Notes under the pieces: generated by a model
What the model was told of the DNA's origin: nothing
The model's database searches: none
What the model saw: the letters and a program-made list of their open reading frames with translations, nothing else
Shown here: in pieces, positions 1-8,620 of the stretch
Layout: every line of letters starts with the position of its first letter
Position numbering within the stretch: position 1 is the first letter of the stretch
Assembly (NCBI GenBank): GCA_002323245.1
Contig: DCPU01000016.1
Coordinates: 108,445-172,444, forward strand
Direction of reading: 5' to 3'
Source: Mariprofundus sp. UBA1536
Lineage (GTDB): Bacteria; Pseudomonadota; Zetaproteobacteria; Mariprofundales; Mariprofundaceae
Length of the DNA stretch: 64,000 nucleotides
Program-made: the position numbers and the translations under genes

Positions 1-2
1 CC

Positions 3-242
3 ATGCCGGATATGATTGCGAAAATGACCAGTAATCCTGCGAAACTGCTGAATCTACCTGAGGGTAAGCTTAGCATCGGTAATGCGGCTGATATCTGTAT
101 TTTTGATGCGGATAAGACTTGGGTGTTGGACAAAGAGAAAATGTTTACCAAGGGGCGGAATACGCCTTGGCATGGTCGGACGATGACTGGGCAAGTTCGC
201 TTTACGATCAAAGATGGACGCGTGGTGTTTGAAAACGCTTAA
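3..242 (+). CDS. pyrC: dihydroorotase-type cyclic amidohydrolase, C-terminal 79 aa (5' end outside window)
   Basis: ORF open to the window edge. C-terminal pattern GNAADICIFD...GRNTPWHGRTMTGQV..TIKDGRVVFE is typical of the dihydroorotase/allantoinase family. Confidence 0.6.
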   Translation: MPDMIAKMTSNPAKLLNLPEGKLSIGNAADICIFDADKTWVLDKEKMFTKGRNTPWHGRTMTGQVRFTIKDGRVVFENA

Positions 243-273
243 GACCTGAATCACTTTCTAACATGAATCATCT

Positions 274-500
274 GTTCATTTTTGGGCAGCCAAAAACGAA
301 CCAAAAAGCTGCCCTTAAACAGCTGCGTACTTCCTTCACTTACAGCCATAAAAAGGGCGCGTGATACTGCGCTTTTCCTTTTTATGCCTGACGTTCCGGC
401 GCAGCTGTAACAAGGGAGGAGTTCCCTTCTCTTTTATTCTATTGATTCCAAGAAAACAAAAAAACTTCGCGTAACTTTGCGTTCTCTGCGGTGAAAGAAC
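274..500 (+). repeat. structured intergenic repeat, copy A (5' hairpin module + long nested hairpin + triple decamer)
   Basis: Shares the core CTTAAACAGCTGCGT..TCCTTCACTTACAGCC..GCCTGACG..GCAGCTGTAACAAGGGAG and a 3' triple decamer (464-493) with 27204-27380 and 37421-37614. The first 43 nt (274-316, hairpin GGGCAGC-N17-GCTGCCC) are identical to 37421-37463. Perfect nested stems at 319-327/400-408 and 347-356/377-386. Confidence 0.85.
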
Positions 501-538
501 TCTGAAGCTGCTGGGTGCCGAAGAAGGATGCGGTGGTG

Positions 539-835
539 TTAAACCAGGCTGACGCCTAGGCGGTGTAGGCTTTGGATGAGGAAGATGTCTAAGAAGTAAA
601 TCACCATCAGGGCAATGATGGGTGAGAAGTCAATGCCGCTGAAGTAGGGCACGCGGCGGCGGATGGGGTAGAGGATTGGCTCGGAGAGCTGATTGATGAT
701 ACGCACAATCGGATTGTACGGATCTGGGCTAACCCATGATAAAATGGCTCTGGCGATAATTACAATCATGGCGATGTTCAAAACAATGCCGCCCACGCCG
801 GCCAGGGCCTGCAGAAAATAACCCACGATAAACAT
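539..835 (-). CDS. yggT: YggT family membrane protein
   Basis: 98-aa hydrophobic protein with the YggT-like pattern ARAILSWVSPDPYNP...LSEPILYPIRRRVP. Lies in the conserved yggS-proC-yggT neighbourhood. Confidence 0.85.
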   Translation of the reverse strand: MFIVGYFLQALAGVGGIVLNIAMIVIIARAILSWVSPDPYNPIVRIINQLSEPILYPIRRRVPYFSGIDFSPIIALMVIYFLDIFLIQSLHRLGVSLV

Positions 836-1638
836 TAGCCCAATTCCTTGCTGCGTTTGGCAGCAGCTTGTACGGCCTTGCGCACTGCTAAAGGCAAGTC
901 ACATTCGTACATCATATCAATGGCAGCTTGGGTGGTGCCACCTGGGCTGGTAACCTGGCTGCGCAATACGCTGGCTTCGCGGCCGCTCTCAGCAAGCATG
1001 CGGCCTGCACCCATTGCTGTTTGGTTGGCCAGTTGCACTGCCAGTGCTTTGGGTAGACCAAGGGTGACGCCTGCCGCAGTGAGCGTTTCTGCAAGCAAGA
1101 AAAAGTACGCAGGACCGCTGCCAGATACGGCAGTCACAGCATGCAATAGGCGCTCTTCATTCACCCAGGCGGTAGCGCCTGAAGCTGCCAAAATATATTC
1201 GGCTCGATCTTGGTGCTCCTGCGAGGCCTGGCTGAAAAGCACGGACATGCCTGCGCCAAGCAAAGCGGGTGTATTGGGCATCACGCGTACAAAGTTTAAG
1301 TTGGGGCGCTTGGCAGCTTGCTTCATTTTATCAATACCCACGCCAGCGGCGATGCTGACCACTGTTGCGTCTTCAGGAATGCTGGTGCCCATATGCGCCA
1401 ACACATCGTGCATGGTTTGTGGTTTGACCGCCAGCACAATGACATCGGCTTCTTTTACAGCTGCGATATTATCGTTGGTGGTGTTTACTTTGTACGCGGA
1501 AGCAAGGGTTTCTAAGCGTGGTACGGATACATCACTTACTGTAATTTGCGAGCCATGATGACCAGCATTGATCAGGCCTGAGACCAATGCCTCACACATG
1601 TTACCGCCGCCAATAAATGTAATATTCAGTTGTTTCAT
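835..1638 (-). CDS. proC: pyrroline-5-carboxylate reductase
   Basis: Rossmann N-terminus ITFIGGGNM plus motifs MPNTPALLGAGMSVL and VTSPGGTT. ATG 1638 is preferred over ATG 1665, which would overlap yggS. Confidence 0.92.
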   Translation of the reverse strand: MKQLNITFIGGGNMCEALVSGLINAGHHGSQITVSDVSVPRLETLASAYKVNTTNDNIAAVKEADVIVLAVKPQTMHDVLAHMGTSIPEDATVVSIAAGVGIDKMKQAAKRPNLNFVRVMPNTPALLGAGMSVLFSQASQEHQDRAEYILAASGATAWVNEERLLHAVTAVSGSGPAYFFLLAETLTAAGVTLGLPKALAVQLANQTAMGAGRMLAESGREASVLRSQVTSPGGTTQAAIDMMYECDLPLAVRKAVQAAAKRSKELG

Positions 1639-1645
1639 GAAAATC

Positions 1646-2299
1646 CTATGCTGTTGATGACTCACCGAAAATTTCGGAGCCGACGCGAATCATAGTTGCT
1701 CCCTCTTCAACTGCAATGCGCCAGTCGTTGCTCATGCCCATGCAGAGGTGTTTTGCCTCAGGGTAACTCGGCAAGAGTGCATTGCGGCATTGGCGCAATA
1801 ATTGAAACGCTTCTCTGGCATCACCATCATGGGCGGCCATGCCCATCAGACCAATGATTTGCAGGTTTTTTAAAGCCGAAGCTGCTTTCATGAAGATGTC
1901 TAAATCATCGGGAGAAACGCCCTGTTTTTGTGGCTCAAACGAGATGTTCACCTGTACTAACACGGGTAAGATTCGGTTTTCTACTGCATCAGAGACGGCT
2001 CCTGCTGCTTCCAAATCACACATGGAGTGCCACATATGGGCAAAGCGACCCACATATTTGGCTTTGTTTTTTTGCAATGGGCCTATCATATGCCAGTTGT
2101 TTTCAGGGTAGGCCAACGCGCGATCGCGCAAGCGTTGTGGTTTGGCTTCGGCAAAGTCACGGTGCCCTGCTGCCATCAGTGTTTCTACACTTTGATCATC
2201 GGTGTATTTAGAAACAGCAATCAATTGCACATGTTCAGGGACTTGGCTTTTGACATGCTGATACCGCGTGGCTAAATCCTTATCGGTCACGATTGGCAA
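1646..2299 (-). CDS. yggS: YggS-family pyridoxal-phosphate homeostasis protein
   Basis: PLP-lysine motif LIAVSKY and C-terminal MGMSNDW..A.EEGATMIRVGSEIFG. Confidence 0.9.
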   Translation of the reverse strand: MPIVTDKDLATRYQHVKSQVPEHVQLIAVSKYTDDQSVETLMAAGHRDFAEAKPQRLRDRALAYPENNWHMIGPLQKNKAKYVGRFAHMWHSMCDLEAAGAVSDAVENRILPVLVQVNISFEPQKQGVSPDDLDIFMKAASALKNLQIIGLMGMAAHDGDAREAFQLLRQCRNALLPSYPEAKHLCMGMSNDWRIAVEEGATMIRVGSEIFGESSTA

Positions 2300-3404
2300 C
2301 CCGAATCATGAAGAAGCTGAGCAGGGCATAAAACAAAATGCCTTGCCCAAGCAGCAAATAAACTGTGAAGAAGTCTACTTGCACCAATGCCAAAGCGGCA
2401 ATGCCCATCAAGGCTGAGAAACCGATAATCAATACCACGGCCTGAGCTTGGGTGCAGCCTAGGTCCATCAAGCGATGGTGGAGATGGTCTTTACCTACAT
2501 AATCAATCCATTCTTTGAAGTTGTGTACATCGCCTCTGGCAACACGCGCCACAGTGGTATAAATCATATCGAAAATCATCACCGAAAAAATCAGCAGCGG
2601 TGCAGCATAAGCTTTGATCACACTGTCGCTGGACCAATCGCCCATCACGGCAACCGAAGCCATCATCCAGCCCAAATATGTGCTGCCTGAATCGCCAAGA
2701 AAAGTGCGTGCCTGCTCGTAATATCTGGCGTTATCAGGCAAAAATCCTGCTGAACCACCAGCCACGGCAAGGCATAAGAAAAACATATAGCTTTGGTCGG
2801 TATGCCAAGCCAGCATACCCATAAACAAGCAAGTCACCGTGGCCAAGGATGCGGCAAGCCCATTGATGCCATCCAAGAAGTTGAAGGCATTGCTGATGCC
2901 AATCACCCACACGGCAGTGACCAAATATTCAAGGCCCACCCCCCACCAAACTTGTGGCGCAAAATGAATCATCACATCGCAATAAATGAGCACCACTACG
3001 GCTAGCATTTGGCCAGCTAATTTAATGGATGCTGATAAGCCTTTGATGTCATCCCAAAGCGACATCAAGCCTACAATCAATGCAGAAAGTACCACGCCTT
3101 TAAACGCCAGGGAGTAATTAAAATTGAGCAATAAGGCAAGGTTGACGGCGATTATTACTGCTAGGCCACCGATACGGGGTGTGGGTTTGGCGTGCACACG
3201 TCTAGCACTGGGGTAATCCAAAGCATCAATGGCATGGGCAAAACGAATCACCATCGGCATCAAGGCGTATGCTATGCAAAGGCTGCCACTAAACAAAAGT
3301 AAACCATGAGTGAACAGCCCATCCACATGCCAAGGGATAACCAGGAATAAGCCAGTTGCTAATGCAGCCCAACGCATTATGGGCAAATCGAGTGTTACAA
3401 ACAT
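2280..3404 (-). CDS. polyprenyl-phosphate sugar-1-phosphate transferase, MraY/WecA type (glycosyltransferase family 4)
   Basis: About 10 TM segments and the signature NAFNFLDGINGL. Start overlaps the DegT stop; stop overlaps the yggS start. Confidence 0.85.
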   Translation of the reverse strand: MFVTLDLPIMRWAALATGLFLVIPWHVDGLFTHGLLLFSGSLCIAYALMPMVIRFAHAIDALDYPSARRVHAKPTPRIGGLAVIIAVNLALLLNFNYSLAFKGVVLSALIVGLMSLWDDIKGLSASIKLAGQMLAVVVLIYCDVMIHFAPQVWWGVGLEYLVTAVWVIGISNAFNFLDGINGLAASLATVTCLFMGMLAWHTDQSYMFFLCLAVAGGSAGFLPDNARYYEQARTFLGDSGSTYLGWMMASVAVMGDWSSDSVIKAYAAPLLIFSVMIFDMIYTTVARVARGDVHNFKEWIDYVGKDHLHHRLMDLGCTQAQAVVLIIGFSALMGIAALALVQVDFFTVYLLLGQGILFYALLSFFMIRVANRDR

Positions 3405-4438
3405 GAAAGGATTCCTTGGCTCATACGCTCAAATTCTTGCGCAGAGAAGTTGGTTAAAACAGGTAGTGAAACATTATGCTGCCATTGCAAATCAGTTTGC
3501 CTGCATAATGTTTTACCGCTGTGGTGAAGCGGCTGAATCACAGGTTTGCTGGCGCCAATGCCCAAGGCCTGAAAAGCAGCGATACAGTCTTCAGCGCTAT
3601 TGATGCAACGCACAATAAAGCGAAAATGATTGCCAGTGGTGCCCGCTTGGCTGGAAATCCACGTGGCAGAAGTATTTTCAACTAACGCTGCAAACGCCTT
3701 GGTGATTTCTTGCCGTTTGCCCAATTCATATTTAGCTACCAACAAGCGCTGTCTAGCCAAGGTTGCATGCATATTCGATAACTGATGATGGCCGGCATAC
3801 GCTTGAGAAATATCAGCACGGTCAGGGTCAGTCATGTTGCGTATTTTGGCAATAATATGTTCATCTCGGCTGGCAATAAATCCACCATAGGCGCCGCCCC
3901 AAGGTTTGGTGGCATATAAAGAGCCAATGGTCATATCCCCAAAGCTGCCCGCAGCTTTGTCTGCCAAACTGCCGCCCACTGATTGGGCAATATCTTCAAT
4001 CACTGGGCAAGGGAAGGTTTCAGCTGCAAGGGGCTCAATCATGCCAAAGGGATGAACAAGAATAAGGACATCAGCCATCGCAGCTTGGGCAAAAGCATGG
4101 TCTTTGTTCATGCACAAAAACGCATCGCAATCGATAAAGAGTGGAATACCACCAATGTGTTTCACGGCAAATAAAAGGGAGGCGCAGGCATAGCTGCTCA
4201 TCGCCACACGTGGTTGTTGTTTGCCTGCAGTGAGGTGGCGCAATGCCAGCATTAAGGCATGGGTACCTGAATCGATAGCTAGGACAAAAGGGATATTGAG
4301 CGCGGCGCTGATGTCGGCTTCTAAGGCTGTGGTTTCCTCGCCTTGGGCCAGCATTTGTGAGTGCACGGTTTGTTTGGCAGCTTGCTCGAAAGGCGCATCA
4401 AAAACAGGGCGAGAATGGGGAATCAAAGGAAGGTTCAA
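3395..4438 (-). CDS. DegT/DnrJ/EryC1/StrS-family sugar aminotransferase
   Basis: Family pattern IPHSRP..., DSGTHALMLAL and a PLP-fold core. Start is uncertain. ATG 4537 would overlap the upstream gene by 73 nt. TTG 4438 or 4426, just before the conserved LIPHSRP, is more plausible. Confidence 0.8.
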   Translation of the reverse strand: MNLPLIPHSRPVFDAPFEQAAKQTVHSQMLAQGEETTALEADISAALNIPFVLAIDSGTHALMLALRHLTAGKQQPRVAMSSYACASLLFAVKHIGGIPLFIDCDAFLCMNKDHAFAQAAMADVLILVHPFGMIEPLAAETFPCPVIEDIAQSVGGSLADKAAGSFGDMTIGSLYATKPWGGAYGGFIASRDEHIIAKIRNMTDPDRADISQAYAGHHQLSNMHATLARQRLLVAKYELGKRQEITKAFAALVENTSATWISSQAGTTGNHFRFIVRCINSAEDCIAAFQALGIGASKPVIQPLHHSGKTLCRQTDLQWQHNVSLPVLTNFSAQEFERMSQGILSCL

Positions 4439-4464
4439 AGGTAACTCTGAATTTATTTTCTTTT

Positions 4465-5076
4465 TTAAAGACGCATGCGAATAGGCACAAAAGCCTCGGC
4501 ACAAGCAAGCTTGCCTTGCACGCCGCGAAAATGGCATGTGGCCATAGCGATTTCGATAATATTCAGGCGCACATGGGTGCGTTCCACCTGCGAAGCATGC
4601 GCTTCAAGAGCAAGAATTTTCAGGGTTAAAGTGTCGGCAACATCCATAAATACGACGGGCTCAAAACCAATGGAAGATGGGGTTTCATAACATAATACAT
4701 TGGGTACATAGCGCGTAGCAGATCGCGCTACTTGCGATAGTGCCCTATGATCTTGGTGGGTGTCGTCATGGAAGTTGATATAGACGGTATCCGGATGCAG
4801 GCGCTGAATAACATCTTCAACACTGGCCATGAGCTCAGCGCTGGATTCGGGCAGCTTGGTGTCCACAAAGTTGCCCCAGTGCACTTCTTTGATGCCCAGC
4901 ACTTTTGCTGCAGCCAGTTGCTCAGCTTGGCGCGTTTTTGCATCGCCACCGACATCGCCAAAGGTGGCAATATACACGTGTACTTCATCGCCACGCTGCA
5001 CATGGGTAGCTAGGGTGCCGCCGCAGCCAATTTCCAGGTCGTCGGGATGGGGGGCGAGAGCCAGAACAATACTCAT
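4465..5076 (-). CDS. PIG-L/LmbE-family N-acetylglucosaminyl deacetylase
   Basis: N-terminal Athe PHPDDLEIGCGGTL zinc-deacetylase motif. ATGA overlap with the wbqC-like stop (5073-5076). Confidence 0.88.
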   Translation of the reverse strand: MSIVLALAPHPDDLEIGCGGTLATHVQRGDEVHVYIATFGDVGGDAKTRQAEQLAAAKVLGIKEVHWGNFVDTKLPESSAELMASVEDVIQRLHPDTVYINFHDDTHQDHRALSQVARSATRYVPNVLCYETPSSIGFEPVVFMDVADTLTLKILALEAHASQVERTHVRLNIIEIAMATCHFRGVQGKLACAEAFVPIRMRL

Positions 5077-5768
5077 GAACGCATATCTCCCATGTTGCGA
5101 ATAATTGAGTGAGAACCTTCGCCGATATTGAACAATACATCAAGCACACTCAAGTAAGGTATAAAATCACCGTGCAATTGGGGATAAACAGGCGGGCTTA
5201 CTTGCTGAAATTTGAGGGTGATATGGTGGGACGCAAACACGGCCTGATCCAAATAATGCTCACCTTCAGAGCCTGATAAATAGACATCGCCATCAAAATG
5301 TTGGGTGATTTTAATCAAGCGCGCTGTGGGATCAGTATCGGTGATGGGTAAATCCGATGCCAACAGCAAGGGGGCTGTGCAGCCGAGCAGATTACCCAGA
5401 TGCTGAATCAGGGCGACATTCAGAGCGACAAGGTTTGCATGTTCAGCTTGCATAATGGCTTTGATATCTAGCCAATACTGCTGGAAGAAAGGGGCTTTGG
5501 CATAAGCTTGTTCAATGCTAGCGATTTGTTTTTTTGCCCACAGCGGTGAGGCAATGGTGACTTCCTCAATACGCTGGGGAAAGCGGTAGTTTACTGGCAC
5601 AGTCAGCCATTGTTCGCCTTGGGCAGTTTTGATGCGGTTGCGATTTTGCCATTCGTTTTTGTGGTATTGCACGGTATCGAGAATCACGAACACATCGGCC
5701 AGCATCCATTTATGGAAAAATCCTGGCCATGGCAGGTAGTTGGGTTGATGGATGGTGATAATTGGCAA
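5073..5768 (-). CDS. WbqC-family protein (uncharacterised, polysaccharide-cluster associated)
   Basis: N-terminus ITIHQPNYLPWPGFFHK....DVFVILDTVQY is characteristic of the WbqC family. Confidence 0.8.
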   Translation of the reverse strand: MPIITIHQPNYLPWPGFFHKWMLADVFVILDTVQYHKNEWQNRNRIKTAQGEQWLTVPVNYRFPQRIEEVTIASPLWAKKQIASIEQAYAKAPFFQQYWLDIKAIMQAEHANLVALNVALIQHLGNLLGCTAPLLLASDLPITDTDPTARLIKITQHFDGDVYLSGSEGEHYLDQAVFASHHITLKFQQVSPPVYPQLHGDFIPYLSVLDVLFNIGEGSHSIIRNMGDMRS

Positions 5769-5771
5769 AAT

Positions 5772-7274
5772 TTATTTCCTGACACGCACTAAAAAAGGAT
5801 TGGCGACCATGCGCAAGCCTTGTTGCGCGGGAAGTTCAAAGCGTATCACATGCACACCTTCTGACAAGGTGAGGTTGTGGGTGAAGACTTGCCCATTACT
5901 TAAAATTTTTGGTTTTTCGACCACCTTGCCATCCACGATCCAGGCGCCCTGAAAGGCGATAGCTTGAGCATCTGGCGCCAAATCAGTGATGCTGATGCCG
6001 ACGGTTACTAGGCGACCCACTACGGCTTCATCACCGGGCATTAAATATGGCGGTGATTGTTTATCTTTTGGGGAGTAGGTTAAGAAGAGTTTTTGCACTG
6101 ACAAATGCTGATGAGGTTGCATGTGCCAAGAAGCCATGCGCCCTAGTTTTAAGGCGCTGAGTATGGATGGTGCATCGTTACTATCTGCCCACACATCCAT
6201 GGGGTAGTTGCCCAAATATTCGCCTGATTGCCCTTCTTCGTGGTAGTCACCAGCGGCCACTGCCCATATCGGTTTAGCCAGGTAGCCACGCATATAATTA
6301 AGCATGTATTTGTCCCATGCCCCACCTGCTTCAGTGTTGTTATCAGTATCACCATAAAGGGCGGCAAAACCATCTGCGGTTGGGGCTGAAAATACCTTTG
6401 TGTTATAGGGAGGGGTATCAAGTAAAATGCCCGCAGGCCCTTCCCGCACACCCGACAAGGTGCCGGGGTGGGCCCAAATGGTCATCATGTTTTGTTCATG
6501 TGCACTTTGGATAAAATCATCCACTTGATTGGGCTGGGGTTTGAGCATCCATGTGCTTAAAAAAGCAATAAAAGAGCCGACCAATAAAAAAGCGATGCTT
6601 CGTTTGCGCTTGCGCAGCAAGACCCTGACCAAAATAAAGATAAGCACAAACCAGAACACCATGGATAAAGACTGATGGCCGTGCCCATGTTTGAGTTGAT
6701 AGCTAGTGAGTGCTTGGATGTCTTCAGGGGCTTTCGCGCCCAAGGTGATAATATGTTGTTCGGCATCTCGAAGACTTAAGTCTTTGAATGGAATCCCATG
6801 CCATGTATAGCCAGGTGTGGATTCAGTACCAGCAAAGAGGGTGATGCCGCTGCTTTGTTGGGCATGGTTTAAATCGGCAAAAAAAGTTTCAAGCCCAGAT
6901 TGGTAAAGTGATGGGTGCTCCAGGCTGTAGCCAAAAATATGGGGCATGGGCTCAAGGCCAAAGCGGATGGAATACCTATCATGTTCGGTAAATGCCAAGG
7001 CTTGAATGTGGCGCTGTTGGGCAAGTGAAATCAAGGCGGCAAAATCATGTGTGCCGTCGGAATGATTGCTGCGCACATCAATCAGGGTGCGAACGGGCTT
7101 GCTTTGTTGCATGGCAAGACCCAAGTTGTTGTTTTCATTAGGCAATGTTTCGGCCAATTGTAATTTGTCTGCACCATCAAAACTTTGGAGCAATAAATCG
7201 CGGTCTAGGCTGCTAGGCGCTGCATATGCCTGGTAAGTAAATATCATCACAATAAAAAAAGTGAAGGTGCGCAT
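5772..7274 (-). CDS. PHP-like metallophosphoesterase domain protein with signal peptide and internal two-helix membrane hairpin
   Basis: ATG 7274 gives MRTFTFFIVMIFTYQAYA (signal-like). PHP-like motifs: DVRSNHSDGTHD, AFTEHD, WAHPG, AAGDYHEE. Central hydrophobic pair VFWFVLIFILVRVLL / IAFLLVGSFIAFLSTWML. The upstream part of the listed ORF (to 7535) has no support. Confidence 0.6.
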   Translation of the reverse strand: MRTFTFFIVMIFTYQAYAAPSSLDRDLLLQSFDGADKLQLAETLPNENNNLGLAMQQSKPVRTLIDVRSNHSDGTHDFAALISLAQQRHIQALAFTEHDRYSIRFGLEPMPHIFGYSLEHPSLYQSGLETFFADLNHAQQSSGITLFAGTESTPGYTWHGIPFKDLSLRDAEQHIITLGAKAPEDIQALTSYQLKHGHGHQSLSMVFWFVLIFILVRVLLRKRKRSIAFLLVGSFIAFLSTWMLKPQPNQVDDFIQSAHEQNMMTIWAHPGTLSGVREGPAGILLDTPPYNTKVFSAPTADGFAALYGDTDNNTEAGGAWDKYMLNYMRGYLAKPIWAVAAGDYHEEGQSGEYLGNYPMDVWADSNDAPSILSALKLGRMASWHMQPHQHLSVQKLFLTYSPKDKQSPPYLMPGDEAVVGRLVTVGISITDLAPDAQAIAFQGAWIVDGKVVEKPKILSNGQVFTHNLTLSEGVHVIRFELPAQQGLRMVANPFLVRVRK

Positions 7275-7483
7275 AAAAGCTGGGATTCGCAAAATATAAG
7301 CCTCCAAAAGTCTGCTGCGCGATGTTGGGCAGAGTATAGTCATAGGTATTGTGTTTATGAATCGACAATCACGCCTGTATCGGTAAGCAAGCTTGTCGCC
7401 ATGGCTCATAAACCACTTTCGTCTCACGGTTATGGTGTTATGCTTGTGCCACGAAGAGCTCTGTTCAAGAAAGGAAGTGCGAT

Positions 7484-8584
7484 TTGGAAGGTACTCAAAA
7501 GCCAGCAAATGCGGACAACGCCGATTTATCTGCAAAAGGTGCCAACCTTGCAGGTTTGATGGATGCGGCCTATGTTTTTATGGGCCTGGACGGCCGTATC
7601 ATCGAATCCAATGCCTCGTTAGAAACGATGCTTGGCTATAGCCATAAAGAGCTCATTGATCATGTCTTTTTTGAAAAGTGGGCAACACCAGGTATGGGCA
7701 GCGCCCTTGCGGATAGCGTGATTTCTGACCGTGTGGTACGCGGCTTTACCACTGATATTTTGCGCAAAGATGGTTCAAGTATGCGCGCCTCTATCAACGC
7801 CCAACTCGTGTTAAGTCATGGCGATTATAATCGCGGCATTGAGTGTATTGTGACGGATATCAGCGCTTCTGGTGACCAAGAAAAGTTTGATGAAACACTA
7901 CGTAATGTCACTGGTGGCATCGCCCATCTCATTAACAACCAAATGGCTTCGGTAGTAGGCACTGCCGATTTGATGCGTATGGAATTGCAAGACCGCCCAG
8001 AGCTTGCTGCCAAACTTGATCGCATTGCTGAAAGTGGCTTACAAGCTAGCGATGTGGCGCATAATTTGGTGGACTATGCTGATTCTGGCGAACATGAAGC
8101 GGCCCAGGATATTGACCTGAATGACATCATCATGGACAAGATCAAAACCTATAAGCAACAGGTGCATGCCAGCAAGCCAAGAAACATTCGCTTAAACTTG
8201 ACCCACGATATCAATCCTATGCGCGGTAACTTCAGGCAAGTGGCGAAAGTGTTTTCTTACATGTTTGATAATGCCATTGATGCCACAAAAAATGATGGGC
8301 TCATCATCATTGCATCGCAAAACTTACTGATCCAAAATGAGAAAACGGGGCTGAACCAAAAGCATATTATGTTCTCTATTGAAGACAATGGGCATGGCAT
8401 GGATAAAGACACCCAACACCGTATTTTTGATCCTTTCTTCTCTACGCGATTTGCTGGCCGTGGCATGAGTTTGGCACATGCGCTCAAGATTGTGCAAAAA
8501 CATAAGGGTCGAATCCGCGTGAAAACCGGGGCTGGAAAAGGCAGTGTTTTTTCCGTGTATTTGCCTGTAAGTGGCAATCAATAG
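7484..8584 (+). CDS. PAS-domain sensor histidine kinase (orphan)
   Basis: H-box GGIAHLINNQM, N-box FDNAIDAT, G1 DNGHGMD, G2 GRGMSLA. Start uncertain (TTG 7484 or ATG 7559). No adjacent response regulator. Confidence 0.85.
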   Translation: MEGTQKPANADNADLSAKGANLAGLMDAAYVFMGLDGRIIESNASLETMLGYSHKELIDHVFFEKWATPGMGSALADSVISDRVVRGFTTDILRKDGSSMRASINAQLVLSHGDYNRGIECIVTDISASGDQEKFDETLRNVTGGIAHLINNQMASVVGTADLMRMELQDRPELAAKLDRIAESGLQASDVAHNLVDYADSGEHEAAQDIDLNDIIMDKIKTYKQQVHASKPRNIRLNLTHDINPMRGNFRQVAKVFSYMFDNAIDATKNDGLIIIASQNLLIQNEKTGLNQKHIMFSIEDNGHGMDKDTQHRIFDPFFSTRFAGRGMSLAHALKIVQKHKGRIRVKTGAGKGSVFSVYLPVSGNQ

Positions 8585-8620
8585 GTTCTCCTGGGCAGAT
8601 CATACCCATCTGCAGTTCGC

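Noticed and set aside
274-316. GGGCAGC-N17-GCTGCCC hairpin as the intrinsic terminator of the upstream dihydroorotase-like gene
   Set aside because: The T-run precedes the stem rather than following it on the + strand. The identical 43-nt module recurs at 37421-37463 in a different context, so it is part of the repeat family rather than a gene-specific terminator.
848-1558. 236-aa ORF on the + strand
   Set aside because: It is antisense to proC, which has clear family motifs. This is the usual shadow ORF in a GC-biased coding region.
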